A DNA stretch of 63,576 nt, filler included, from Octopus bimaculoides (taxonomy: Eukaryota), in NCBI RefSeq assembly GCF_001194135.2. It is 7 parts of 7 records of this genome, joined end to end, with 100 filler letters (N's around TTAATTAATTAA, not from the genome) between each part and the next. Parts side by side here need not be neighbours in the genome. Positions count along the whole stretch, not along the records: positions 53,071 to 56,845 come from NC_068983.1; positions 56,946 to 62,217 come from NC_068981.1; positions 62,318 to 63,576 come from NW_026339941.1; 4 more parts are not named here. One strand, given 5' to 3'. The translations under genes and the position numbers were made by a program. Below the pieces are notes generated by a model that was given only the letters and a program-made list of their open reading frames with translations, made no database searches and had not been told where the DNA came from. Each line of letters begins with the position of its first letter. Positions within the stretch are counted from its first letter, which is position 1. Below are positions 53,984-63,576 of this stretch, piece by piece.

Positions 53984-54590
53984 CCTTTAAGATCATACTC
54001 TACAAGCCTACTTCTGACAGTTCTGGATGATATTTGTGAAGTATTTGCCTCGTTGAAGTCTGCACAGAGCTCCGATGGTGATTTTCTTCTGTTTCTGAGC
54101 GACTGACAGATGATAGATCTATCATCTCGAGGTGATGTAACCTTTTTTATACCTGTTCTTTGTATTGTCTTCGCACCGTTCGTCTCTCTGAGCGCTTGGG
54201 AGTCGTTTGCACCGCACATCGAGCAATTTTCTTTTGAGATATTCCATCTTCATAATGAGCTACGATTTGACCTCGTTCACACCCACTCAACTCCCTTGTT
54301 TTAAGCATTTTACTGTTTATTAACTGTATCTACAACGTATTTTAGCATAAAACTCCGAAATAATCAAGGAAACATAAGTTAATTTTGGACGCTGGTCTTA
54401 CTCATTATTGGTTGCATATGTCCAGTACAGTATAAAAGCGGTAATTGATGCTTAAGAAGGGTCAACCAGATATCAAAACTAATGTATATTCTTAAATATA
54501 CCATAATCTACCATGTGCTCGAGTTTCATTAATATTGAGACAGCAAAACTCCAAAACATTGGGGTGGCCTAATACTTTTGGCTAAGGGTG
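53984..54590 (-). mobile_element. 5' part of a Tc1-family transposon
   Basis: Terminus TA-cacccttagccaaaagtattaggccacc. ATG at 54308: MLKTRELSGCERGQIVAHYEDGISQKKIAR, then (frameshift) TSPRDDRSIICQSLRNRRKSPSELCADFNEA...ISSRTVRSRLVEYDLKG. Confidence 0.85.
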
Positions 54591-55045
54591 TATATACATA
54601 TATATGCACATACAGTATTTATAATACACGAAAACAGATGCATACCTAACTATATTATATATATGTGTGAGCGTGTGCGCGTGTGCGCAAGTAGGTGAGT
54701 GCATGTATGTTTATCTGCATTTCAGTGTGTGATATACCTCTAAATAAGCATAATATATTTGAGCCACAATGTGAAGAAAAATAAGCAATGGCTACCAAGC
54801 TGTTTACTTTTCNNNNNNNNNNNNNNNNNNNNNNNNNNNNNNNNNNNNNNNNNNNNNNNNNNNNNNNNNNNNNNNNNNNNNNNNNNNNNNNNNNNNNNNN
54901 NNNNNNNNNNNNNNNNNNNNNNNNNNNNNNNNNNNNNNNNNNNNNNNNNNNNNNNNNNNNNNNNNNNNNNNNNNNNNNNNNNNNNNNNNNNNNNNNNNNN
55001 NNNNNNNNNNNNNNNNNNNNNNNNNNNNNNNNNNNNNNNNNNNNN

Positions 55046-55098
<53 letters not shown>

Positions 55099-55463
55099 TA
55101 TGCACATACAGTATTTATAATACACGAAAACAGATGCATACCTAACTATATTATATATATGTGTGAGCGTGTGCGCGTGTGCGCAAGTAGGTGAGTGCAT
55201 GTATGTTTATCTGCATTTCAGTGTGTGATATACCTCTAAATAAGCATAATATATTTGAGCCACAATGTGAAGAAAAATAAGCAATGGCTACCAAGCTGTT
55301 TACTTTTCGCAGCGGAACTAGAACACACTGTTTACTCAATGGTATGCCTTACCCTATTTTACACTACCATATAAATTAATCAAATATCGTTGTGTAATAC
55401 ATTATAAATTACTTCATTCTTTAATACAACAGATTTGCAGTGAAAAGCTGCTATGCAGTTGTT

Positions 55464-55532
<69 letters not shown>

Positions 55533-55903
55533 AGTATGACAAACACAAGATGCGGTTTATATCATTTCTTCCTTACGTATGTTTTACCATTGTGGCTTTT
55601 TCATTATCTGCAGTGGGTGACCCAGTTGCCCTTCGAACAGTCACTACTGATCCGCAACAGTTCATGAGGGGAACACTTCAAGTTTAGCTCTAAACTTTCC
55701 AGTACTATTTAGACATCTAACTGTACACACAAGAAATACTGTAAGGTCAGTGGTGTGTGGCGGGGTATATATATATGTGTGTGTGTATACCCATATATAT
55801 ACACGCATATAAAAATAAGTTTACATATATATCCATACATAAATACATGTATATAAATATACACTATAGATATGTGTGTGTATATAGATAGATAGATAGA
55901 TAC

Positions 55904-55962
<59 letters not shown>

Positions 55963-55964
55963 TA

Positions 55965-56575
55965 TACATATAATTATGATGAAAGTAAGAAAATGGCGAA
56001 TTATGGATGCATGAATAATTTATTTGCATGATATAATGAGGTTGAAAGATTTTTTTATAAAAACAATACAAATAAATATTATATTATAAAGCTCTAAAAG
56101 AACTAGCAGATGCCAAATACCTACATATATGTTTCGATTCATTCTCCCTAGGTGATTAGTAATTCTAAGCATTTGGGTAGGGTCATATGTTAACATATGG
56201 GTATGGTGAAATGTTAACATATTTCTTGAGGGAATGCAGACGAATTACTGCATCCTTTCAAGAAATATGTTAACATTTGTAGAATAAGCTCATAAAGCCC
56301 TGATGAGATTCTGCCCCGTTTAGTTGAAAATGATGACCAATTCTTACCATATCACCATACCTAAATGCTTAAAATTACGAATCACCTAGGGGCATGAATC
56401 GAAACATATATGTAGGTAATTGGCATCTGCCATTTCTTTTATAATTTATAATTTATAATTTATTTGTATTGTTTTTATTTAAAAAATCTTTCAACTTCAT
56501 TATATCATAAAAATAAATTATTTATACATCCATAATTCTCCATTTTCTTTCTTTCATCATTATTAACAATATGTA
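55965..56575. mobile_element. Foldback element: ~240-bp inverted arms (~55965-56204 / ~56336-56575) with a nested 70-nt hairpin
   Basis: gcagatgccaaatacctacatatatgtttcgattca mirrored by tgaatcgaaacatatatgtaggtaattggcatctgc; internal hairpin at 56209-56278. Confidence 0.8.
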
Positions 56576-57139
56576 TTACGTATAATAATCCCTAACATAT
56601 CGCCGAGACTTTCTCCTTCTATGATACTGATTAACCAGTGAAGTTTTGGGATTATTCAATCCATAATGAGGACCTGACATCTTCGAATTGACTATATAAC
56701 ATATTTTTATGGATATTTTTATGGAGATTTTTATGGTAGTGTTTATTTCTAATTCAACACGTGGCGTGGCACTTAGCTGACCGCTGATTATGATTATGTA
56801 TATAATTATAGAATATATATATATTTTTATACACACACACACACANNNNNNNNNNNNNNNNNNNNNNNNNNNNNNNNNNNNNNNNNNNNTTAATTAATTA
56901 ANNNNNNNNNNNNNNNNNNNNNNNNNNNNNNNNNNNNNNNNNNNNATATATATATATATGGCAATGTTGCTGTTGCTGTTGCTGTTGCCGTCGATGCCGT
57001 CGGGGAAACTGCCAATGATGTCGCTGGTGCTGTTATCGTTATTGTTGTTAACTATGGAGATGGTGGTGGCATTGCTGGTTCTGTTCCCGTATCTACGGCT
57101 GCTACTGGTTCTACCAGTGGTATTGCCAGGGTTTGCTAG

Positions 57140-57445
57140 TACTTCAGCTTCGTAGACGACCCCTTTGGTTTTGCAGTGACCTCCCATGGTGCATGTGTTG
57201 CGCTCTTCGCATGAACATCCTTCCTCGTCCCGTGCCCTAGGGCCGCTAACTAGAATGCTCTTAATATTGGTCGACATGTAAAAGACGCTCTAACTTTGTG
57301 TCTGTTGAAAATGGGCCCGTACATATGGGAGCTGGTGAAATGCTTATCTATTAATTTAAGGAATATTCTACTTACGGGCGTTTTTGTGTTAAGAGAGAAG
57401 GTGGAGAGGCAAACCAAATGGTATTTCTGCGTCACTTCCTTCATT
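57140..57445 (-). mobile_element. Penelope-like (Naiad-type) RT-thumb/GIY-YIG linker remnant
   Basis: RRNTIWF..PP/FSLNTKTPVSRIFLKLIDKHFTSSHMYGPIFNRHKVRASFTC...CSCEERNTCTMGGHCKTKGVVYEAEV. Confidence 0.8.
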
Positions 57446-57636
57446 AAAATTTAAATTAGGAAATATTACAACAAAAATAGGAATTTGCAAAGCACAAAAT
57501 ACAATATGACTTCTGCTTCGCTGGCCACAACATTTGTCTTTCTAATAAATAAATAATAAAATATATTTAAATTCATTTTTAAGTAAATACTCTTTATTTC
57601 AAATAGTTACGAAATAACGAAACTAAAAGTATTCTA

Positions 57637-57670
57637 TATGACTTCTATATATCTTATTTTTCTCTTACAG
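57637..57670 (+). other. 3' splice acceptor 10 nt upstream of the 736-aa ORF start
   Basis: tatgac branch-like motif, pyrimidine tract tcttattttttctctt, then ACAG ending at 57670, followed by aaaacgaaatATG. Confidence 0.7.
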
Positions 57671-57680
57671 AAAACGAAAT

Positions 57681-59891
57681 ATGGCTGCCATGCAGATGAC
57701 AATAACAGCAACCGGTACACTTTTCCTTGTGATTACTTTTATTGTCATTCTAATATCATTAAACACAGAAGCGAAGGAACTTGGAAATAATTGTGAAATT
57801 AAGATTTCTCCCGATGTTAATAAGATTTTATCTCGTTTAGTAAGATCAGATAAAAAGGTTTTCAATTTTGAAGTCCATTTATCCGATAAAAAGCTAGATG
57901 ACCTTCTGAAACCTGTATCAATGGATTATTTCGCGAACGCGAGACAATTTACCTGGATTCCAGACGTACCAGATGGTTTGATGGCGTATAAGAATTTCTA
58001 TTATGATTTTTCAATTTACTCTTTGGATTTATTAGGTGCTTACATTGCTACTCCAAGGACTGATATCGATATAAATTGTGGAAAACAAAATATTCAGAGA
58101 CATGATTTAATATATTTGATTTTCGGCGAATTGAAGAGAATTGTATTTATCGATACATTGAAAATAGGAGAATCTGGTTACATGTGTTTTCTAATAAATT
58201 TATCTCAGGACATGAAGAAGAACAGCCCTGAGTCATTTAAAGCTTACAGAAGATTGGGTATAAATCGAGAATTAGTGAAGAACTATTGCTGTAAACTCTA
58301 TAAAAATGGAAGCAATGTTTATCGCCCAAAATCGATTTGTTCTGGAAATATCATGGAAAATAGTATGTTTGTCAATTACGCAAATATCGTCGGAGCTGTT
58401 TTATGGGCATATTTTCCGTTAATCGTTAGTCTTCTTTCACAGGCTAAATTACCTTCATTTCCCCATCAAATCACATTGCCATACGAGTCAGAATGGATCA
58501 ACAAAAAACATAATACTTACAGTTTCTCTTATTTTCTGTCTTGGTTATTTTGTTTCCATAATTCCTCTTCCTTTGCCTCAAGACTAAGAAGATTCTTTTG
58601 TATTATATTTTCTCTCTCAATAAGTTTCATGGATATTTTAATGCATTACTTCTTTTTATATAAAACAATAAAAATACTTTTCCAAGATGGTATACCATTG
58701 GGCCAACGTTCCTTAATATTAGGAATCTCAGAAAGTTATAAGAATACAGATGGCTTCTTCGGGGGTCCGTTAGTGTGGTTAATCTGTTACATGTCTTTCA
58801 ACTTTATCCTCTTCGTTCTTCCCAGTCGATTAAGTGAGACTATCGCTTATAGTACATTACATCGCAGTTCCACTTGCACGTTTCTCATTCAAAATAAGAG
58901 ATTATTAGAGAAGTATGGCAGTTTAAATGTTTCTACACTACAGGATTATGATCTACTCTATGCAATAATGAAAGCTAATATTTCTACTGCTTTAAACCCA
59001 AGTTTCTGGTATTTAATAATTTATACTTGGTTTGACCGTATAAAGAAAATTTGGTCATATTACTACAAGAGAAAAATTTTCTGGCGATTCGTTACACTTT
59101 GGCCTTTTGTTTCCATTACAATTTTATTTGCTGTATTTTTTATCTGTGAATTATTTCTGTGCCTCTTGTATTACGGAATCCCAATTGTTTACTTGATTTC
59201 AACTTTACCTTTCAGCTATTCCAAAGTTTATATTTTCCCACTCTATAGGAATAATAATCGTATTTTCGAGATTGCTGCTGTACTTTTTACTATTCTATCG
59301 TTTCCATTTTATATATTATGGGCTCTTTATTCAATCTACATATTTCTTACAAATTTTCAAATCCTATGTAGCTACATATTTACAATAGCTGTTGCAGTTC
59401 TTGCTAAACCTGATAATGTCGGTGACGTATGGTTTGTTGCCATGTTTTTTGTGTATACCGTTGCAATTGTGAACGCTGTCATCAATCAGTATCAGTCAGT
59501 AATATCTAAGTCTATAAAACTCACCAAAACTGTTTGTCCAAGATTGGTTCAGGTAAAATATGGAGAGGAATTCATAAATGCCAATTTGTTCAAGACAATT
59601 GTTGACCATCATTTTCCATTGAGATTCGAGATTGGTAAATCCATTATGAAACTGTTTCTAATCGTATCTTTTTTCTTTGCTTGCAACAATATAATAAGTC
59701 GAGAAGACTTGGACTTATCAGGATTCACAAGGATTACTTTGATATTGATGACGTCATTGATACCTAAACTGTTGTCTATAATTAATTCTAAACTGAGTTT
59801 TTTTACATCCATGACACATACAATTATCGAGACAATAATTACATTTGAGGATGGCAATGCATCACATGCCAGTCAGTCAATTTCTTATTAA
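57681..59891 (+). CDS. Uncharacterised 736-aa multi-pass membrane protein (signal peptide, ~200-aa Cys-containing ectodomain, roughly 8-11 hydrophobic segments); single coding exon
   Basis: Uninterrupted 2.2-kb ORF of complex sequence in repeat-saturated DNA. Hydrophobic residues 13-27 end in T-E-A. Cys at 38, 133, 169, 203, 204, 220; sequons N173 (NLS) and N209 (NGS). Several 20-45 aa hydrophobic stretches from residue ~229 to ~700. Confidence 0.93.
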   Translation: MAAMQMTITATGTLFLVITFIVILISLNTEAKELGNNCEIKISPDVNKILSRLVRSDKKVFNFEVHLSDKKLDDLLKPVSMDYFANARQFTWIPDVPDGLMAYKNFYYDFSIYSLDLLGAYIATPRTDIDINCGKQNIQRHDLIYLIFGELKRIVFIDTLKIGESGYMCFLINLSQDMKKNSPESFKAYRRLGINRELVKNYCCKLYKNGSNVYRPKSICSGNIMENSMFVNYANIVGAVLWAYFPLIVSLLSQAKLPSFPHQITLPYESEWINKKHNTYSFSYFLSWLFCFHNSSSFASRLRRFFCIIFSLSISFMDILMHYFFLYKTIKILFQDGIPLGQRSLILGISESYKNTDGFFGGPLVWLICYMSFNFILFVLPSRLSETIAYSTLHRSSTCTFLIQNKRLLEKYGSLNVSTLQDYDLLYAIMKANISTALNPSFWYLIIYTWFDRIKKIWSYYYKRKIFWRFVTLWPFVSITILFAVFFICELFLCLLYYGIPIVYLISTLPFSYSKVYIFPLYRNNNRIFEIAAVLFTILSFPFYILWALYSIYIFLTNFQILCSYIFTIAVAVLAKPDNVGDVWFVAMFFVYTVAIVNAVINQYQSVISKSIKLTKTVCPRLVQVKYGEEFINANLFKTIVDHHFPLRFEIGKSIMKLFLIVSFFFACNNIISREDLDLSGFTRITLILMTSLIPKLLSIINSKLSFFTSMTHTIIETIITFEDGNASHASQSISY

Positions 59892-59959
59892 ATAAAAATG
59901 CTTTGAAATTTTCAGAAGGTATTTTCTATTCTCTAAATACGTTGTATAATTGGAATAAA
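59891..59959 (+). terminator. Candidate polyadenylation signals for the 736-aa gene
   Basis: AATAAA at 59891-59896 (overlapping the TAA stop) and at 59954-59959. Confidence 0.4.
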
Positions 59960-60047
59960 GGAAATCTGCATTGACGTATATAGAAAACGCAGAATCACAC
60001 ACACTCACAATATCCCATTGCATACATACATACATACATACATACAT

Positions 60048-60082
<35 letters not shown>

Positions 60083-60340
60083 AACATGTAGACAGGCATA
60101 TACACACATATACATAAATGTAAATTAAATGTACATGTATATGTGTATATGTATATGTGTGTGTATGTATGTATGTATGTATGTATGTATGTATGTATGT
60201 ATGTATGTATGTATGTGTGTGTGTGTCCGTGTAATTTGCGACATTGCATGTGTATGCAGATGTTTAATCTAACTTTACTCCTATACACGCGCGCACGCAT
60301 ATGTATAGGAGTTAAATGTTTTTATCTGAGGCCGTATATT

Positions 60341-60770
60341 CGTTTCTACTCTAGGCACAAGGCCTGAAATTTTGTTGGAGAGGGCCAGTCGAGTAGATCG
60401 TATCAGTTGCATACTGGTACGCAACTGGTATTTAATTTGTCGACCCCGAAAGATTGAACGGCAAAGTCGACCTCAGCGGAATTTGATCTCAGAACACAAA
60501 GACAGATGAAATACCGCTAAGCATTTCGCCCGTCGTGCTAACGATTCTTATATCTTTATTGCCCACAAGGGGCTAAACATAGAGGGTACGGATAAAGGGA
60601 TTAATCGATTGCATCGACCTCAGTGCGTAACTGGTACTTAATTTATCGACCCCGAAGGATGAAAGGCAAAGTCGACCTCGTTGGAATTTGAACTCAGAAC
60701 GTAGAGGCAGACGAAATACTGCTAAGCATTTCGCCCGGCGTGCTAACGTTTCTGCCAGCTCATCGCCTTT
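60341..60770 (-). mobile_element. Two tandem SINE family A copies (tail type 2 at ~60341-60548; tail type 1 at ~60547-60770)
   Basis: Two reverse heads ggaatttga(a/t)ctcagaac...aagcatttcgccc...gctaacg. Confidence 0.9.
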
Positions 60771-61205
60771 TCTGAAGCCGTATATTTAAAGAAAGACGAT
60801 TGCAGTGTGAAGAGAATTTAGATACAGCAAAACACAAAAACTGTTAACTTCACTTAAATCATAATTATTAACGACAGAAGCAGTATTAGTACCAAGAGAC
60901 AATCTTTATATCCAACTTAACGTGGATGATTTGTTAGAACGCCCAATACTGAATTATCTACCTTGAGAGGTCTTCCCATATCGACGCATGGTGAATAAGA
61001 GCACACACATTCACATCGTTCGCAAACGAGAATTGTCTGATACGTTAAGGAAAATGTAAAGATTGCCTTCTTGTACTAATAATACTTTTGTCGTTAATAA
61101 TTATTCTGTCACAAGCCTACTGGCTATTTGCGACGTCAGTGCCTAAGATGTCACTAAAATACTACATATTGTTGGTCGTGAAATTCGGTTGGTATGCGGC
61201 AACCG

Positions 61206-61860
61206 GACGAACTAAACAGCTTAGACAGAAAGACAAGGAAGTCGCTGACGAGATATGGGATACCCGACCCAAAAAGTAACACAGACAGACTTAATGTAGC
61301 AAGTAAAAGAGGGGGAGCGGGTTTATTGGATGCGAATACAGCATTAGAGCAGAAGAAAACAAAATAGCATGGTAGGTAAAAATGCCACAGAACCGCTATT
61401 ATTGGAAGTAAGAAGGTCAGGCTTGTGTGGGATGGGAGATTGCAAAGATAACGTATTGTACAAGAACTTGAGAATGAATGAAACTGAAAATAGGTGGCTA
61501 AAGAAAAGAATGCATGGTCAATTTCATAGAGATGTTGAAGATAAGACAGACAGAGAAAAAAGATGGCTATGGATGACTAAAACTGATTTAAAACCAAGAA
61601 CAGAGACTCTAATCTGTGCTGCCTAAGAGCAAGCATTAAGAATCAATTACATCAAATACAGAATAGACAACACAGCAGAAAATGATTAGTACAGAGTTTG
61701 TAGACAAAATGGTGAAACCGTATTACCAGTCAAATTATGCCACTAACCCAGAAAGAATATAAGAGAATTCATGAAAATAGAGCAAAGATTGTCCATTGGA
61801 CACTTTGCAACAAGTATAGACTCGACAGAGGAAAATAGTGGTACAAAGACAACAAGATAA
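61206..61860 (+). mobile_element. R4/Dong-clade (RLE) non-LTR retrotransposon fragment
   Basis: DELNSLDRKTRKSLTRYG..PKSNTDRL...WLKKRMHGQFHRDV..DREKRWLWM...LKPRTETLICAA*EQALRINYIKYRID...YRVCRQNGETV...EYKRIHEN.AKIVHWTLCNKY; stops and frameshifts; followed by (TAA)n. Confidence 0.8.
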
Positions 61861-62419
61861 TAATAATCATAATAATAATAATAATAATAAAGGGATAGAC
61901 TATATCCGAGTAAATAATACTCATTGAAATTTATTCCTATTTTTCCAAATATAATGATGTATTTTAACTTGATACCTCCACTACCCGAACAGCGATCGTA
62001 AACACACGTGTTACATCAAAATCAGACCATCTTCGAACCCAAAAACACCATGTACAAAAAAATTACAAACAGATTAAATAACACCGGTATTATTCCACCC
62101 AAGAATAACAACCGAGAAGTACGTACTGTAAGCTTGTTACGAAAAAAGTACGAAGATATGAACGTGCAAAACAATCTGACAACAGAAATAAACGAACCGG
62201 TACCCTACGAAAACGATNNNNNNNNNNNNNNNNNNNNNNNNNNNNNNNNNNNNNNNNNNNNTTAATTAATTAANNNNNNNNNNNNNNNNNNNNNNNNNNN
62301 NNNNNNNNNNNNNNNNNATAGAAAAACAGAAACAGGTGTCTGCAACAGAGGAGACACATGGCTACCCCAGCAGGAGGGGGGAAAGAGAGAGAGAGAGAGA
62401 GAGAATATGAGGAAGAAGA

Positions 62420-62660
62420 TATGTTTATCATCATCATTATCAGCCATGTTTTAACACCCACTTTTCCATGCTTGCACAAGTCAGATGGAGTTCACTGATG
62501 CAGATTTTCTACACCTGGAATCCCTTCCTCTTACCAACCCTTACATGTTTGTTTCCAAGCAAGGAAATATTTCTCCTTGACCAGGCATGTTTTCATAGAA
62601 GATTGGAAATGAATAATACCAGTTTTACAAAGGTGACAATCATTTACAACAATCATGCAA
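62420..62660 (-). mobile_element. SINE/LINE 3' tail of RTE type
   Basis: Reverse reads gggttggtaagaggaagggattccaggtgtagaaaa...gcaagcatggaaaagtgggtgttaaaa...atgatgatgat. Confidence 0.55.
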
Positions 62661-63576
62661 TGTCTAGACAGGGAAATGACAATTACCCCCCCCCNNNNNN
62701 NNNNCCCCCCCCCCTTCTGCATATATACACACACATGTACATACAATGTATTTCTTTAAATTCACTCACAAAGCTTTGGTTGTCCTGAGACTATAGTAGA
62801 AGACACTTGATCAAATTGCTCTCCAGTGGGACTAAACCCAAAATTATGTGGCTGTGAAGCAAAGTTTTTAACCATACAGCCATACTTGTTCAGAGTTCAA
62901 ATCCCACCATTGCCAACTTTGCCTTTGCTCCTTCTGGGGGTGATAAAATACAGTACTAGTAAAGTATTGAAGTTGATGTATTTGGCTGTTTCTTTTCTCC
63001 AAATTAGAGACCCAGTGTCTATGTAATACAATAATATTACTAAAAAGTGGAAAAAAAAAAAAAAANNNNNNNNNNAAAAAAAAAAAAAAAGAAAAACGGA
63101 AAGAAAAGATGAGAAGAATTTACAGAAACTGTAGTATGACAAACTAAATTCCTTAAAGTTCTTAATTTTGTCCTAGCTACATTCTGAATTCAAAGTCTAC
63201 TGATGTCTTTCTACAGTCAATTAAATAAATACCAGTAATATCAATAATATAACTGATATTGATTTAATCAAGACACACTTCCTATTTGGCAAAAATAAAA
63301 CTATGAGCTTAATAATAGAAAAATTATTAATGTTGATGATGATGATGAAAGAAAATGAGAAAGTAGACTGCTGCAAAAACAGCACAGTGCCAGATTAGAT
63401 GCTTCCCAGTAAAAGTATTGGCTCTCATTTTACTTCTATTTTCCTTCCCTCTACAGCACAAGTNNNNNNNNNNGTATTGGCTCTCATTTTACTTCTATTT
63501 TCCTTCCCTCTACAGCACAAGTACATTGAACTTTTGCTCATTGCCTCTTTTTTTTTGGGGTTTTTGCACTGTCTCT

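Noticed and set aside
54591-55308. Exact 222-bp direct repeat either side of a gap (54591-54812 / 55087-55308); similar small ones at ~13560-13625, ~20960-21045 and ~63415-63520
   Set aside because: Identical sequence flanking N runs indicates unmerged contig overlaps rather than real duplications.
56300-56345. CTGATGA...GAAA in the foldback spacer; also CTGAAGA...GAAAC at 32665-32701
   Set aside because: Helices I and II cannot be formed convincingly, so not called as hammerheads.
58287-58292. Vicinal Cys-Cys (NYCCK) ~25 aa before TM1 of the 736-aa protein, reminiscent of nAChR alpha loop C or cephalopod chemotactile receptors
   Set aside because: No C-x13-C Cys-loop or other pLGIC motifs, and far more than four TM segments.
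59609-59857. 82-aa antisense ORF within the TM gene
   Set aside because: Expected shadow ORF opposite a real coding sequence; no independent features.
62008-62217. Asn/Lys-rich open frame running into a gap
   Set aside because: Starts at a non-ATG codon, is truncated by Ns and is unrecognisable; may be a TE fragment but cannot be supported.

Overview
AT-rich eukaryotic draft scaffold with many N gaps, saturated with microsatellites and tRNA-derived SINEs. The SINE families and repeat landscape look like an Octopus genome (inference). Only two host-gene signals are supportable, and they point away from each other across about 52 kb of TE-rich DNA. (1) A first coding exon hidden in the ORF track on the minus strand (4832-5014): signal peptide, RSKR furin-type site, GTAAGT donor, with the gene continuing leftwards. 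(2) An intact single-exon 736-aa ORF (57681-59891, +) for an unrecognised signal-peptide protein with a six-Cys ectodomain and many TM helices, preceded by a strong splice acceptor. Between them lie three Naiad-type Penelope-like retroelement fragments, two minimal hammerhead-ribozyme motifs plus a deleted third, R4/Dong-like LINE remnants, mariner, maT (DD37D) and Tc1 remnants, hAT MITEs with 8-bp TSDs, and two ~600-720 bp foldback palindromes. Almost all other listed ORFs are microsatellite or gap artefacts. TE boundaries are approximate and all family calls come from motif recognition by eye, not database searches.
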